Shown: positions 24,113 to 37,619 of the stretch, in pieces | How positions within the stretch are numbered: position 1 is the stretch's first letter | Layout: every line of letters starts with the position of its first letter | Source: Isurus oxyrinchus | Lineage: Eukaryota | DNA length: 64,000 nt | NCBI GenBank assembly: GCA_026770705.1 | Contig: JANJGN010000152.1 | Location: forward strand, 868,001 to 932,000 | Reading direction: 5' to 3' | Made by a program: the position numbers and the translations under genes | The notes under the pieces: generated by a model | Databases searched by the model: none | What the model saw: the letters and a program-made list of their open reading frames with translations, nothing else | Told to the model about the DNA's origin: nothing

Positions 24113-27100
24113 TCCAGATTGATATAAACTGAGACAGTGCCTAGTGCAGCAATTGCTAATGGAGGGTCTAGATTAGCATGAACTGAGACAGGGCCTAGTG
24201 CAATGCTTACTGATATAGTGTCTAGATTAATGTAAACTGAGACAGGCTCATGTGCAATGATAACTGATACAGGATCTAGATTAATATGAACTGAGACATG
24301 CTTGAGTGCAGTGATTACAGACACAGGATTTAGATTAATATAAACTGGGACAGGGTCTAGTCCAGTGTTTATAGATACAGGATCTTGATCAATATAAATT
24401 CACTCAATGCCCTGTGCAGTGATTACAGATACAGGGTCAAGGTTGATACACATTGAGGCAAGCCATAGTGCAGTGATTACTCATAGCGGGCTGAGATAAA
24501 AAATAAACTAGGACAATGTCCAGTGCAGTGATTATTGATACAGGGTCTAGATTAATTAAACTTGAGATGCGGCCAAGTGCTGTGATTACTGTTACCGGGT
24601 CTAGGTTGATATAAACTGATGCAGGGGCTAGTGCAATGATTACTCATAAAGGATCTAGACTAACATAAACTGAGACAAGACCAAGTGCAGTGATTACTGA
24701 TACATGATCTAGATCAATTTAAACGGAGGCAGTGTCCAGTAGAGTGATTACTGATACAGGGTCTTGATTAATATAAACTGAGACAAGGTATAGTGCTGCA
24801 ATAACAAAAACAAAATTACCTAGAAGAACTCAGCAGGTCTGGCAGCATCTGTGGGAGAGGAACACAGTTAACATTTCAAGTCCAGATGACTCTTCAACAG
24901 AACTAAGGAAAAATAGAAAAGGGGTGAAATATAAGCTGGTTTAAGTTGGGGGGGGGGGGTGCGGTGGTGGTGGTGGGATATAAGCTAATAAGACATATTT
25001 CACCCCTTTTCTATTTTTCCTTAGTTTGTTGAAGAGTCATGCGGACTCGAAATGTTAACTGTGCTCCTCTCCCCAGATGCTGCCAGACCTGCTGAGTTTT
25101 TCTAGGTATTTTTGTTTTGGATTTCCAGCATCCACAGTTTTTTGCTTTTATTATAGTGCTGCGATTACTGATACAGGCTCTGGCTTGATGTAAACTGAAA
25201 CAGGGCATTGTGCAGTGATCATTGATACAGGGTCTAGATAAATATAAACTGGGGCAGGGGCTAGTGCAATGATCACTGTTACAGTGTCTGGACTAAAATA
25301 AATGGAGGTATTGAGTTCTGTCATTACTGATACAGGTTCTGGACTAATATAAACTGAGTTAAGGTCTAGTGCAGTGATTACTGATACAGGATATGGATTG
25401 ATAAAAATGGAGGCATGGCATAGTGAAGTGATTACTGATACAGGGCCTAGATTAATATAAAATGAGACAGTGTCCATTGCACTGATTATGATACATGGTC
25501 TAGATCAATATAAACTGGGATAGGGTCGAGTGCAGTGATTACTAATACAGGGTCTGGATTAATAGAACTTGAGACAGGCCAAGTGCAGTGATTACTGATA
25601 GAGGGTTTAGATTGATATAAACTGATGCTGGGTCTAGTACAGTGAATACTGACACAGGGTCTAGATCAATATAAACAGAGACAGGGGCTAGTGCAGTGAT
25701 TACTGATCCAGGGTCTATATAAATATGTACTGGGATGGGGGCCATTGCAGTGATTACTGATACAGGATCTGGACTCATAAACTGAGGCATTTTCTAGCTC
25801 TGTCATTATTGACACAGGTTGTGGACTAATATAAACTGAGACAGGGTCGAGCGAAGTGGTAACTTATACAGAATATGGATTGATATAAGCTGAGGCAGGC
25901 CATAGTGCAGCGATTACTGATGCAGGGCCTAGATAAATAAAAATGAGGACAGTGGCTAGTGCAATGATTACTGATACAGTGTCTGAATCAATATAAACTG
26001 AGACAGAGCCTAGTGCAATCATGACTGATGCAGGGTCCAGATGATAAAGACTGAGGCAGGGCATAGTGCAGAGATTACTGATACAGCGTCTAGATTAATA
26101 TAAACTGTGACAGAGCCTAGTGCAGTGATTACTGATACAGGGCCAAGGTAAATATAAAGCAGGATAGAGGCTAGTGCAGTGATTAATGATACAGGATCAG
26201 GATCAGTATAAACTGAGGCAGTGCCCATTGCAATGATTACTGATTCGTGGCCTAAATTAATATGAACTGAGGCAGGGCCTAGTGCAGCGATTACTGATTT
26301 AGGCACAGATTAATATGAACTGAGGCAGGCCATAGTGCAGTCATTACTTATTCAGGGTCTAGATCAACGTAAACTGAGGCAGGGCCTAGTGCAGCGATTA
26401 CTGATTTAGGCACAGATTAATATGAACTGAGGCAGGCCATAGTGCAGTGATTACTTATTCAGGGTCTAGATCAACGTAAACTGAGACAGGGCCTAGTGCA
26501 GTGATTACTAATAGAAGATCTAGGTTGATATAAACTAAGTCAGGGCCTAGTGCTGTGATTACTGACACAGGGACGATACTAATATAAACTAGGTCAGGGG
26601 CTAGTGCAGTGATTAATGATATAGGATGAGGATCAATATAAACTGAGACAGTGTCCTTTGAAGTAATTACGGTTACAGAACGTACATCAGTATAAACTGA
26701 GATAAGGTCCAGTGCAGTGATTAATGATGCAGGGTCTGGATTAATATAACATGAGACAGTGTCTAGTGCAGTGATCACTGATCCAAGGTCTTGATAAATA
26801 TAAAATTAAGATCGTGTCTAGTGCAGTGATTCCTGATACATGGTCCAGATTAATATGGACTGAGGCATAGCCTAGTGCAGCAATTACTGATTTAGGGTCT
26901 AGATTGATATAAACTAAGACAGGACATATTAACTTGATTACTGATGCAGGGTCCAGGTTAATAGCAACTGAGAGAAGGCAAAGTGCAGTGATTATAGATT
27001 CAGGGTGCAGATTATTATAATCAGAACAGGGACGAGAGCAGTGATTACTGAAACAGGGCCTTGATTAATATAAACTGAGTCAGGCTCTTGTACAGTAATC

Positions 27101-30100
27101 GCTGATGCTTGGTCTGAAATAACATAACCTGAGACAGGGCCTGGTGCACTGTTCACTGACACAGGGCCCAGATAAATATAACTGGGACAGGGGCTCGGGC
27201 AGTGATTACTGCTGCAGGGGCTAAATTAATATAAACTTCGATAGGGCCTAGTGCAGTGATTACTGATACAGGGTCTAGACTGATTTTAAAAAAAACTGAG
27301 GCAGGGCATAGTGCAGTGATTGCTGATACAGGGTACAGATTTAATATAAACTGAGACAGGGCCTAGATAAATATAAGCCAGGACAAGGGCTAGTGCAGTG
27401 ATTAACGATATGGGATCTGGATCAATATAAACTGAGACAGTGTCCTTTGCAGTGATTACTGATTCAAGATCTAGATCAATACCAATGGAGAAAGGGCCTA
27501 GTGCAGTGATTACTGATAGAGGCTCTGGACTAATATAAACTGAGACAGGGCCTAGTGCAGAGATTACTGATACAGGGTCTTGATTGATATAAACTGAGGC
27601 AGGGCAGTGCAGGGATTACTGATACAGGATCGAGATTAATCTAAATTGAGACATGGTCTGGTGTGATGCTTACCGATATAGAATCAGGATCAATATAAAC
27701 TGAGACAGGGCTCAGTGCAGTGATTACTGACACATGGTCTGAATCAATATTAACTCAGACAATGTCCAGAGCAGTGATTACTGACACAGAGCCTGGATTA
27801 ATATAAACTGAGGCAAGGTCTAGTGCATTGATAACTAATACAGTGTCCAGATCAATATAAACTGAGATCGGTCCATGTGCTGTGATTACTGATACAGGGC
27901 CTGGTTTAATATAAACTGAGTCAGGGCCTAGTGCAGTCATTACTGATACAGGATCTAAATTAATATAAACTGAGACAGGGTCTAGTCCAGTGTTTACTGA
28001 TACAGGGTTTCAATCAATATAAACTCAGACAATGCCGAGTGCACTGATTACTGATACAGGATCTAGATTTATAAAAACTGAGGTATGTTCTCATGCAGTG
28101 ATTACAGACACAGGATCTAGCTTAATATAAACTGAGACAGGTTCTTGTGCAGTAATTATTGATACAGGGTCTCAATCAGCATAACTCAGACAATGTTGAG
28201 GGCGGTGATTACTGATACAGGATCCAGATTAATGTAAACTGAGGCATGCTCTAGTGTAGTGATTACAAGCACAGGATCTAGCTTAATATAAACTGAGACA
28301 GGTTCTTGTGCAGTAATTATTGATACAGGGTCTCAATCAATATAAACTCAGACAATGCCGAGTGCACTGATTACTGATACAGGATCTAGATTTATAAAAA
28401 CTGAGGCATGCTCTAGTGCAGTGATTACAGACACAGGATCTAGCTTAATATAAACTGAGACAGGTTCTTGTGCAGTAATTATTGATACAGGGTCTCAATC
28501 AATATAAACTCAGACAATGCCCAAGGCAGTGATTACTGATACAGAGCCAAGATAAATATAAATTGAGGCAGGGCCTACTGCAGTGATTACTGATACAGGG
28601 TCTAGGTTAACAGAAACTGAGAGAGGGCCAAGTGCAGTGATTATAGAGTCAGGGTGCAGATTATAATAACCAGAACAGAGACAAGTGCTGTGATTACTGA
28701 AACAGTGTCTTGATTAATATAAACTGAGACAGGCTCTTGTGCAGTAATTACTGATCCATGGTCTGAAGTAACATAAACTGAGACAGGGCCTGGTGATGTG
28801 TTCACTGATACAGGGCCTAGATAAATATAACTGGCACATTGACTCGGGCAGTGATTACTGATACAGGGTCTAGGTTAATATAGATATTGAGATGGGGCCT
28901 AGTGCAGTGATAACTGAAACAGGGTCTAGATTCATAAAAAAAGCTGAAGCAGGGCATAGTGCAGGGATTACTGATACCGGGCCGAGATTAATATACACTC
29001 AGAGAGGCTCAAGTGCAGTGATTGCTGATATAGAGTCCAAATTGATATAAAATGACGTAGGGTCTAGTGCAGTGATTACTGATACAGGGCCTAGATTGAT
29101 ATAAACTGAGACAAGGCCGAGTGCCATGATTTGTGTTGCAGGGTTGGATGCATATAAAATGGAACAGGGTCTAGTGCAGTGATTACAGGTACAGGGTCCA
29201 GATTAATTGAAACTGAGAAACAGCCCAGTGCAGTGCTTTTAGGTTCAGGGTGCAAATTATTATTACCAGAACAGGGTTGAGTGCAGAGATTACTGAAACA
29301 GGGTCTTGATTAATATAAACTAGGACAGGGGATAGTGCAGTGATTAATGATACAGGATCAGGGTCAATATAAACTGAGACAGTGTCCATTGAAGCAATTA
29401 CAGTTACGGGGTGTACATCAGTATAAAATGAGACAGTGTCTAGGGCAGTGATTACTGATCCTAGGTCTTGATAAAAATAAAACTGAGATAGTGATTAGTG
29501 CAATGATTGCTGATACATGGTCTTGATTAATATGAACTGAGGCATGGCCTAGTGCAGCGATTACTGATTTAGGGTCTAGATTGATATAAACTAAAGTAGG
29601 GAAAATTGCAGTAATTGCTGATACAGGGTTGAGATTGACATAAACTGAGGCAGGGCATATTGCAGTGATTACTGGTACAGGATCTAGGTTAATAGAAACT
29701 GAGAGAGGGCCAAGTGCAATGATTATAGATTCAGGGTGCAGATTATTATAACCAGAACAGGGCCAAGTGCAATGATTACTGAAACAGGGCCTTGATTAAT
29801 ATAAACTGAGACAGGCTCTTGTACAGTAATTACTGATACACGGTCTGAACTAACATAACCTGAGACAGGGCCTGGTGCAGTGTTCACTGACACAGGGCCC
29901 AGATAAATATAACTGGGACAGGGGCTCAGGCAGTGATTACTGCTGCAGGGACTAAATTAATGTAAACTGAGATAGGGCCTAGTGCAGTGATTACCGATAC
30001 AGGGCCTAGATTGATAAACAAAATGACGCCTGGCATATTGCACAGCATCTAGCTTAATATAAACTGCGGCAGGGCCGAGTGCATTGATTACTGACACATG

Positions 30101-33100
30101 ATCTCAATCAATATGAACTTAGACAATGCCCAGTGCAGCGATTACCGATGCAGAGCCTAGATTAATATAAACTGAGGCAGGGCCTCATGCAGTGATAATT
30201 GATACAGGGTCTAGATTAATAGAAACAGAGAGAGGACCAAGTCCAGTGATTACTGATAGAGGGTCTAAACTGATATAAACTGACATAGAGCATATTGCTG
30301 TAATTACTGATACAATGTCCCGATCAATATAAACTGAGATAGGTCCAAGTGCAGTGATGACTGATACAGGGTCTGGATTAATATAAAGTGAGACTGGGCC
30401 TTGTGCAGTCATTATTGATACAAGATCTAGATTAATATAACCTGAGACGGTGCTTATTGCAATTATTACTGATAGATGGTCTGGACTAATTTAAACTGAG
30501 GCAGGCCATAGTGCAGTGATGACTGATACAGGATCTAGATTAATATAAACTGAGACAGGGTCTAGCACAGTGTTTATTAATACAGTGTCTCAATCAGCAT
30601 AACTCAGACAATGTTGAGTGCAGTGATTACTGATACAGGATCCAGATTAATGTAAACTGAGGCATGTTCTAGTATAGTGATTACACAGGAAGCACAGGAT
30701 CTAGCTTAATATAAACTGAGACAGGTTCTTGTGCAGTAATTACTGATACAGGGTCTCAATCAATATAAACTCCGACAATGTCCAGTGCAGTGATTACCGA
30801 TACAGGGCCAAGATAAATATGAACTGAGGCAGGGCCTACTGCAGTGATTACCGATACAGGGTCTAGGTTAATAGAAACTGAGAGTGGGCCAAGTGCAGTG
30901 ATTATAGATTCAGTGTGCAGTTTATTATAACCAGAACAGGGACGAGTGCAGTGATTACTGTAAAAGGGGCTTGATTAATATAAACTGAGACAGGCTCTTG
31001 TACAGTAATTACTGATACAAGGTCTGGACTAACATAAACTGAGGAAGGACCTGGTGAAGTGTTAATTGATATAGGGCCTAGATAAATATAACTGGGATGA
31101 GGCAGTGATAACTGATACAGGGTCTAGATTGATAAAAAAAAACCTGAGGCAGGACATCGTGCAGGGATTACTGATAAAGCGCCGAGATTAATATAAACTC
31201 AGAGAGGTTCAAGTGCAGTGATTACTGGTATAAGGTCCAAATTGATATAAAATGACTTGCGTCTAGTGTAGTGATTACTGGTATAGGGTCTAGATTGATA
31301 TAAACTGAGACAAGGCCTGGTGCTGTGAGTTGTGTAACAGGATTTGATGCATATAAAATGGGACAGGGCCTATTGCAGTGATTACAGGTACAGGCTTTAG
31401 ATTAATATAAACTGAGAAACAGTCCAGTGCAGTGCTTTTAGGTTTAGGGTGCAAATTATTAATACCAGAACAGGGTCGAGTGCAATGTTTACTGAAACAG
31501 GGTCTTGAATAATATAAACTGAGACAGGCTCTTGTGCAGTAATTACTGATGCAGGGTCTGAATCAACATAAACTGAGACAGAGCCTGGTGAAATGTTCAC
31601 TGGTACAGGGCCTAGATAAATACAACTGAGACAGGAGCTCTTGCAGTGATGACTGCTGCAGGGACTAAATTAATATAAACTGAGGCTGGATCTAGTGCAG
31701 TGATTACTGATAAAGGGACTAGGCTAATGTAAAGTGAGACAGAGTTTAGTGCAGAGATAACTAATGTGGGGTCTAGATCAATATAATCTGAGACAGGGTC
31801 TGTTGCAGTGATTACTGATCCAGGGTCTTGATTGATAAAAACTGAGACAGGGCCTAGTGCAGTAAGTAACGTTACAGGGTCTAGATTAGTATAAACTGAG
31901 AGAGCCTCAAGTACAGAGATTACAGATACAGGATCTAGATTATTATATTCTGAGACAGATCTAGTGCAGAGACTACTGATACATGGTCTAGCTCAATATA
32001 AACTGTGGCAGGGCATAGTGCAGTGATTACTGATGCTCTAAGGTAATGTAAGAAAGACAAGGTCTAGTACAGTGATTACAGATACAGGGTCTAGATTGAT
32101 AAAAACTGAGGCAGGGAAGAATATAATTCTAAAATTGGCTTAGTTGTAGGAGACAGAGGGTGATGACAGAAAGACGCTTTACTGACTGGAAGCCAGTGTC
32201 CAGTGGTGTACCACAGGGATCCGTGCTGGGTCCCCGATTATTTGTTATTTATATAAACGAAAGTAGATGCCTACATGTGGGGTAGGATTAGTAAGTTTGC
32301 GGAGGATACAGAGATTAGCTGGTTGGTTAACAGTGATGTTGAGTGTTTTGGGCTACAGGAAGATATAGATGGAATGGTCAAATGGGCAGATAAGTGGCAG
32401 ATGGAATTTAGCACTGAAAAGTGCGAGGTGATACACCTTGGAAGGAGTAATTTGACTATGAATGGGATGACACTAGGAAGTTCTGAGGAACAAAGGGACC
32501 TTGGCATGTGTGTCCATAGGTCTCTGAAGGCGGAGGGGCATCTTAGTGGGGTGGTGAAAAAGGCATATGGAACACTTGACTTTATCAATCGAGGTATAGA
32601 TTACAAAAGTAGGAAGGCCATATTAGACTTGTATAAAACCTTGGTGAGGTCACAGCTTGAGTACCATATGCAGTTCTGGTCGCCACATTATAGGAAGGAT
32701 GTGATGCACTGAAGAGGATGCAGAGGAGATTCACCAGGATGTTGCCTGGTATGAAACATTTAAGTTATGAAGAGAGATTAGATAGACTTGGGTTGTTTTC
32801 ATTGGAGCAGAGAAGACTGAGGGGAGACCTGATTGAGGTGTACAAAATTCTGAGGGGTGTGGACAGGGTGAATAGGGAGCAGCTGTTGCCCTTAGTTGAA
32901 GGGTCAGTCACAAGGAGACATAAGTTCAAGGTGAGAGGCAGGAGGTTTAGGGGGCTTTTGAGGAAAAACTTTTTTACCCGGAGGGTGGTGATGGTCTGGA
33001 ATGCACTGCCTGGGAGGGTGGTGGAGGTGGGTTGCCTTACATCCTTTAAAAAGTACTTGGATGAGCACTTGGCATGTCATAACATTCAAGGCTATGGGCC

Positions 33101-33795
33101 AAGTGCTGATAAATGGGATTAGGCAGGTAGGTCAGGTATTTTTCACGTGTCGGTGCAGACTCGATGGGCCAAAGGGCCTCTTCTGCACTGTGTGATTCTG
33201 TGATAATATAAACTGATTACTGATACAGGTCTAGATCAATATCAAGGGAAACAGCGTCTCGTGCAGTGATTACTGGCACAGAATCTAGATTAATACAAAC
33301 TGTGACAGGGCCGAGTGCTGTGATTACTGACATAGGGACGAGATTATTATAAACTAGGACAGGGGCTAGTGCAGGAATTAATGATACAGGATCAGGATCA
33401 ATATCAACTGAGACAGGTGTAGTAATTAATGATACAGGATCAGGATCAATATAAACTGAGACAGTGTCCTTTCCAATGATTACTGTTAGAGGGTCTGGAC
33501 TAATATAAACTGAATCAGGGCCTAGAGCAGTCATTACTAATACAGGGTCAAGATTAATATAAACTGAGACAGGACCTAGTGCAGTGGTTACTGATGCAGG
33601 GTGTAGATTAATACAAACTCAATGTCCAGTACAGAGATGACTGACACAGGGTCTAGATTAATGTAAACTGAGACAGGGTCCACTGCAGCAATTAATGATA
33701 CAGGGTCTAAATTAATATAAACTGAGACAGTGTCTAGTGCAGTGATTCCTGATATATGGTCTGGACTAGAATAAACTGAGACAGGGCCAAGTGCA
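24113..33795 (+). repeat. 54-bp (27+27 heterodimer) minisatellite array, ~8 kb, interrupted by TEs
   Basis: cagggcctagtgcagtgattactgata + cagggtctagattaatataaactgaga; higher-order duplications near 27970-28520. Confidence 0.95.
32130..33203 (+). mobile_element. CR1 LINE fragment inserted in the satellite
   Basis: ISKFAEDT..WADKWQMEF..KCEVIHLG..RRLRGDLIEVYK. Confidence 0.9.
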
Positions 33796-35059
33796 AGAAA
33801 TACTTCATCATTGACGCCATATCCCAAGAACGAATTAAAACACTGCAAAATACTGCAGGTTTGGGAAATCTAAGGCAGGGCAAAAAATAACCACTCAGCA
33901 GGTCAGTGGGCATCAATAGAGAGAGAAACAGGTCAAACGTTCAGGCCGATGACAGGTGCAACATCTCCCTTAGTACCAATCTATAGAGCAGGACTGTTCT
34001 CCCCACTGTCCTAGTCCAGTATTCATTCTTCAACTAAAATCACATATTATCTCATCATTTTTCGCAGCTCTATTCGTGGGAGCTTGCTGTGCACAAATCA
34101 CCGGATGGATTTCCAATATTACAGCAGTGACAAAACTTCAACAAATGTACATCAACGAATTTCAAGGGCTTTAGGATGCCCTGGGGTCATAAGCTGCGTT
34201 CTATAAATGTAAATTCTTCCTAAATGTTAACATTTCAAAATGCTAGTTGTGATATGTTGAAAACTCTGAGATTAATATGATTATAGGTCGCTCCTGTGGC
34301 TGCTGTTTTAAATTGTCCATTTTTAATCAGTTAAATCTTCCAACAAATTGACATTGAGTGTAATCCCAGCCTGTTCAAATATTCATCATTGATTGTGACA
34401 GTAGAACTTTCAGAATTGAATTATTAATTTAAATGTATTTTTAATTATTTGAAATAAATAACATCTGTTCTAATGGATGTTGAAAACGTTTCTATTAATT
34501 TTATACCAACTGGCAATATTCTTAAAATAAACGCTTGTTTTGAGTTGAAACCAATCAATAAGTGTCTGTGTTTATCTGGTATTGCTGCCATGAACACTTC
34601 ATTGAAACCAATGAGGCGTTTATGTAAATAAACACAGAAATAGAAGTCCCAGATTAGATTCTGGATACACAAAAGCACAGCAAATATTTCCCCATCAATA
34701 GAGCACAGAAATAGAGTCAAACATGCAAATACATCAACCGATTTCAGTAGCAATTTTTTTGGGGCATTTTTAAAATCAGTTATATGAGAATTATGTCACG
34801 ATGATATCTATGTTCAGAATTAAGTAAGATTCCCACTTATCATGAAATATAATGTCATGGCAAATGTGTTTGTAGGGATGTCCTGTATCCTCTCTCTCTC
34901 TCTGTCTCTTTCTCCTCTCTGGTACTTTGTCTTGTCTTTCCACCATGGGTCACTGTCTTTACTCCACAACATGAAGTCAATGTCTAGCCAATATATTCTC
35001 TCAGACCGATTCATACACTTCAAACTAAATTGATCAAATGAAATGAATTATAATCCGTA

Positions 35060-36050
35060 GAGGGAACTTTATTCTAAATCTGTTTTGAGCATTTACTGAC
35101 TTGAGAGTGCTTGGTGGGAAACTGCAGATGAAACTTTACTCTGTATCTAACCTGTGTTGCAGCCAGTAGCGAAGATTTGATGTGGCCGTGCCGAAGGACC
35201 TTTCCCTGTATCTAACCCGTGCTGTTCCTGCCTTTGGAGTGTCTGATGGGACAGTGTAGAGGGAGCTTTACTTTGCATCTAACCTACACTGTGACTGCCC
35301 TGGGAGTGTTTGATACGACTGTGTAGAGGGAGATTTACTCTGTATCTAAACTGTGCTATACCTGATTGATAGGGCCGTTTAGAGGGAGCTTTACTCTGCA
35401 TCTAAACTACTCTATATTTGACATGGCTGTAGACACTGTAGAGGGGGATTTGCCCCTAGCTAAGCCCTGGAAATACCTGATGTGACGGTTCAGAGGCAGC
35501 TTTCCTCTTTACCTGTCCCCAGTGTCGAGCTGCCTGGGAAATGTCTGATGAAGAGTGCAGAAGAAGCCTTACACTGCATAGAACCCTTACCCTAAATGCC
35601 TCAACTGTGTTTGAGCAGACAATGTAGAGGAAGTTTACCCTGTTTCTGAACTGTGCTGCACCTGTCCTGGAAATGTTTGATGGTGACAGTGTCGAGGGAG
35701 ATTCACTCTGAATCTAACCCGTGCTATACCTGCATTGGGAGATTTTCATGTGGCAATGTAGAGGGAACTTTACATTATTAATGTAGCCCCATGCTACACC
35801 TGTCCTGGGGCTGTTTGATGGAGCCATGGGCCTTGTTTATGCATTACACTAGACCGTGTCCAACCGTATCTAACCCTTGCTGTACCTGCCCCGGGAATGT
35901 TTCATGGTGACAGTGTTGAGGGAGTTTCTCTCTCTCTAACCCGTGCTGCATCTTCCCTGGGAGTGTTCAATGTGACAATGTAGAGGTAGCTTTAAATTCT
36001 GTGCCTAGCCCCATGCTGCACCTATCCTAGGAGTGTTTGATGGGACAGTA
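35060..36050 (+). repeat. ~67-bp minisatellite
   Basis: tctaacccgtgctgtacctgccctgggagtgtttgatgggacagtgtagagggagctttactctgta units; a solo copy at ~52560. Confidence 0.85.
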
Positions 36051-37445
36051 GACCCTGTCTCGATATTGCGTTCGACCGTGACCCTGTCTCTGTTTATATT
36101 ACAGTTGACCCTGCCACTGTTTGTATTGCACTAGGCCCTGTCCCTGTTTATATTGCATCTGACATGTCTCTGTTTATATTGCACTGGACGGTGTCTCTGT
36201 TTACATTTCACTCGGCCCTGCCCCTGTTTATATGGCACTCACCATGTCTCCTTATATTCGACATGCCTCTGTTTATATTGCACGAGATGCTGTCTCTGTT
36301 TATATTGCACTAGGCCCTGCCCCGGTTTATATTACACTAGACCCTGTTTCTGTTTATGTTACACTGATCCCTGTTTTGGTTTACATTACATTAGACCGTG
36401 TCTCTGTTTATATTATACTAGGCTCTGCCCCTGTTTGTATTACACTTGATATGTCAGTGTTTATATTACACTCGGCATGTCTCTGTTAATATTATACTTG
36501 ACATGCCTTTGTTTATTTTGCACTAGACGCTGTATCTGTTTATATTACATTAGATCCGGTCTCTGTTTATATTGCACTAGGCCATGCCCCTGTTTATATT
36601 AAACTGGGCCCTGTATGTTTATAATACACTAGACTCTGTCTCTATTTATATTGCACGGGACCCCGTTTCTGTTTATATTACTCTAGATCCTGTCTTTGCT
36701 TATATTAAACAAGGCCCTGTCTGTGTTTATATTATAATTGACCTGTCTCTGTATATATTCATCTAGAACTGTCTCTGTATTTCGGTAGCCACTGTCTCAG
36801 TTCTGTGCTAGATCATATCTGTATTTAAATTACATTAGACCCTGCCTCTGTTATTACTGCACTACCCACGTGCCATAATGTGGAAATTGGCTGGGGTGGA
36901 AATAGTGAAGATAAGGCAGCAAGATGGTGGGAACAATTAACATGGGTCCCTATTTAGATGTTATGACTTGCCCTCCCTGCATCCCAGATTTGTGTTCATG
37001 ATCCACAGACATCTCTTATCTTACAGCTGTTTAAATTAAACCATTTAACTCCTATTTTCAGGCTCTAGTGCAATAAAGTAAGAGAATATACTAATGTAAT
37101 GTAAACAGAGGACAATTACATAAATAACTAAGACAGGACCTAATGTTACAGAAACAGAAACATGGACTAGAACAGTAACAAAGAGGCAGGCCCAGTAAAA
37201 TATGAACAGAGACATGGTGGAGAGCAGCAATAACTGAGACAGAGTCCAGTGTTACAGAAACAGAAACATAAACTAGAGCAGTAACAATGAGACAGGCCCA
37301 GTGTAGTATAAACAGAGGCATGGTGGAGAGCAGCAATACTGAGACAGGGTCTAATATTACAGAAACAGAAACACGGACTAGAGCAGTAACAATGAGACAG
37401 GCTGAGTGTAATATTAACAGAGACATGGTGGAGAGCAGCAATATT
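36050..37445. repeat. 27-bp minisatellite blocks in opposite orientations (36050-36865 minus, 37060-37445 plus)
   Basis: ctagaccctgtctctgtttatattaca units, then reverse-oriented variants. Confidence 0.85.
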
Positions 37446-37619
37446 GACATCATATTGAAGTCCCACAGAACCAGATAAGATCTGGGTGGAGATACCTCCA
37501 GGTGATTACCACCTATTGCCCTCCCTCAGCTGATGAATCTGTACTCCTTCATCTTTAGCACTGCGTCGAAGAAACACTGAGGGTAGCAAGGGCAACGAAT
37601 ATGCTGTGAATTTGCAAAA

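Noticed and set aside
24113-33795. CRISPR-like regular periodicity
   Set aside because: Vertebrate tandem satellite with no unique spacers and no cas genes.
24079-37478. Many ORFs of LDPVSVYI/LGPVSVITA type
   Set aside because: Translation of the 27-bp (9-codon) satellite, with frequent stops and frameshifts.
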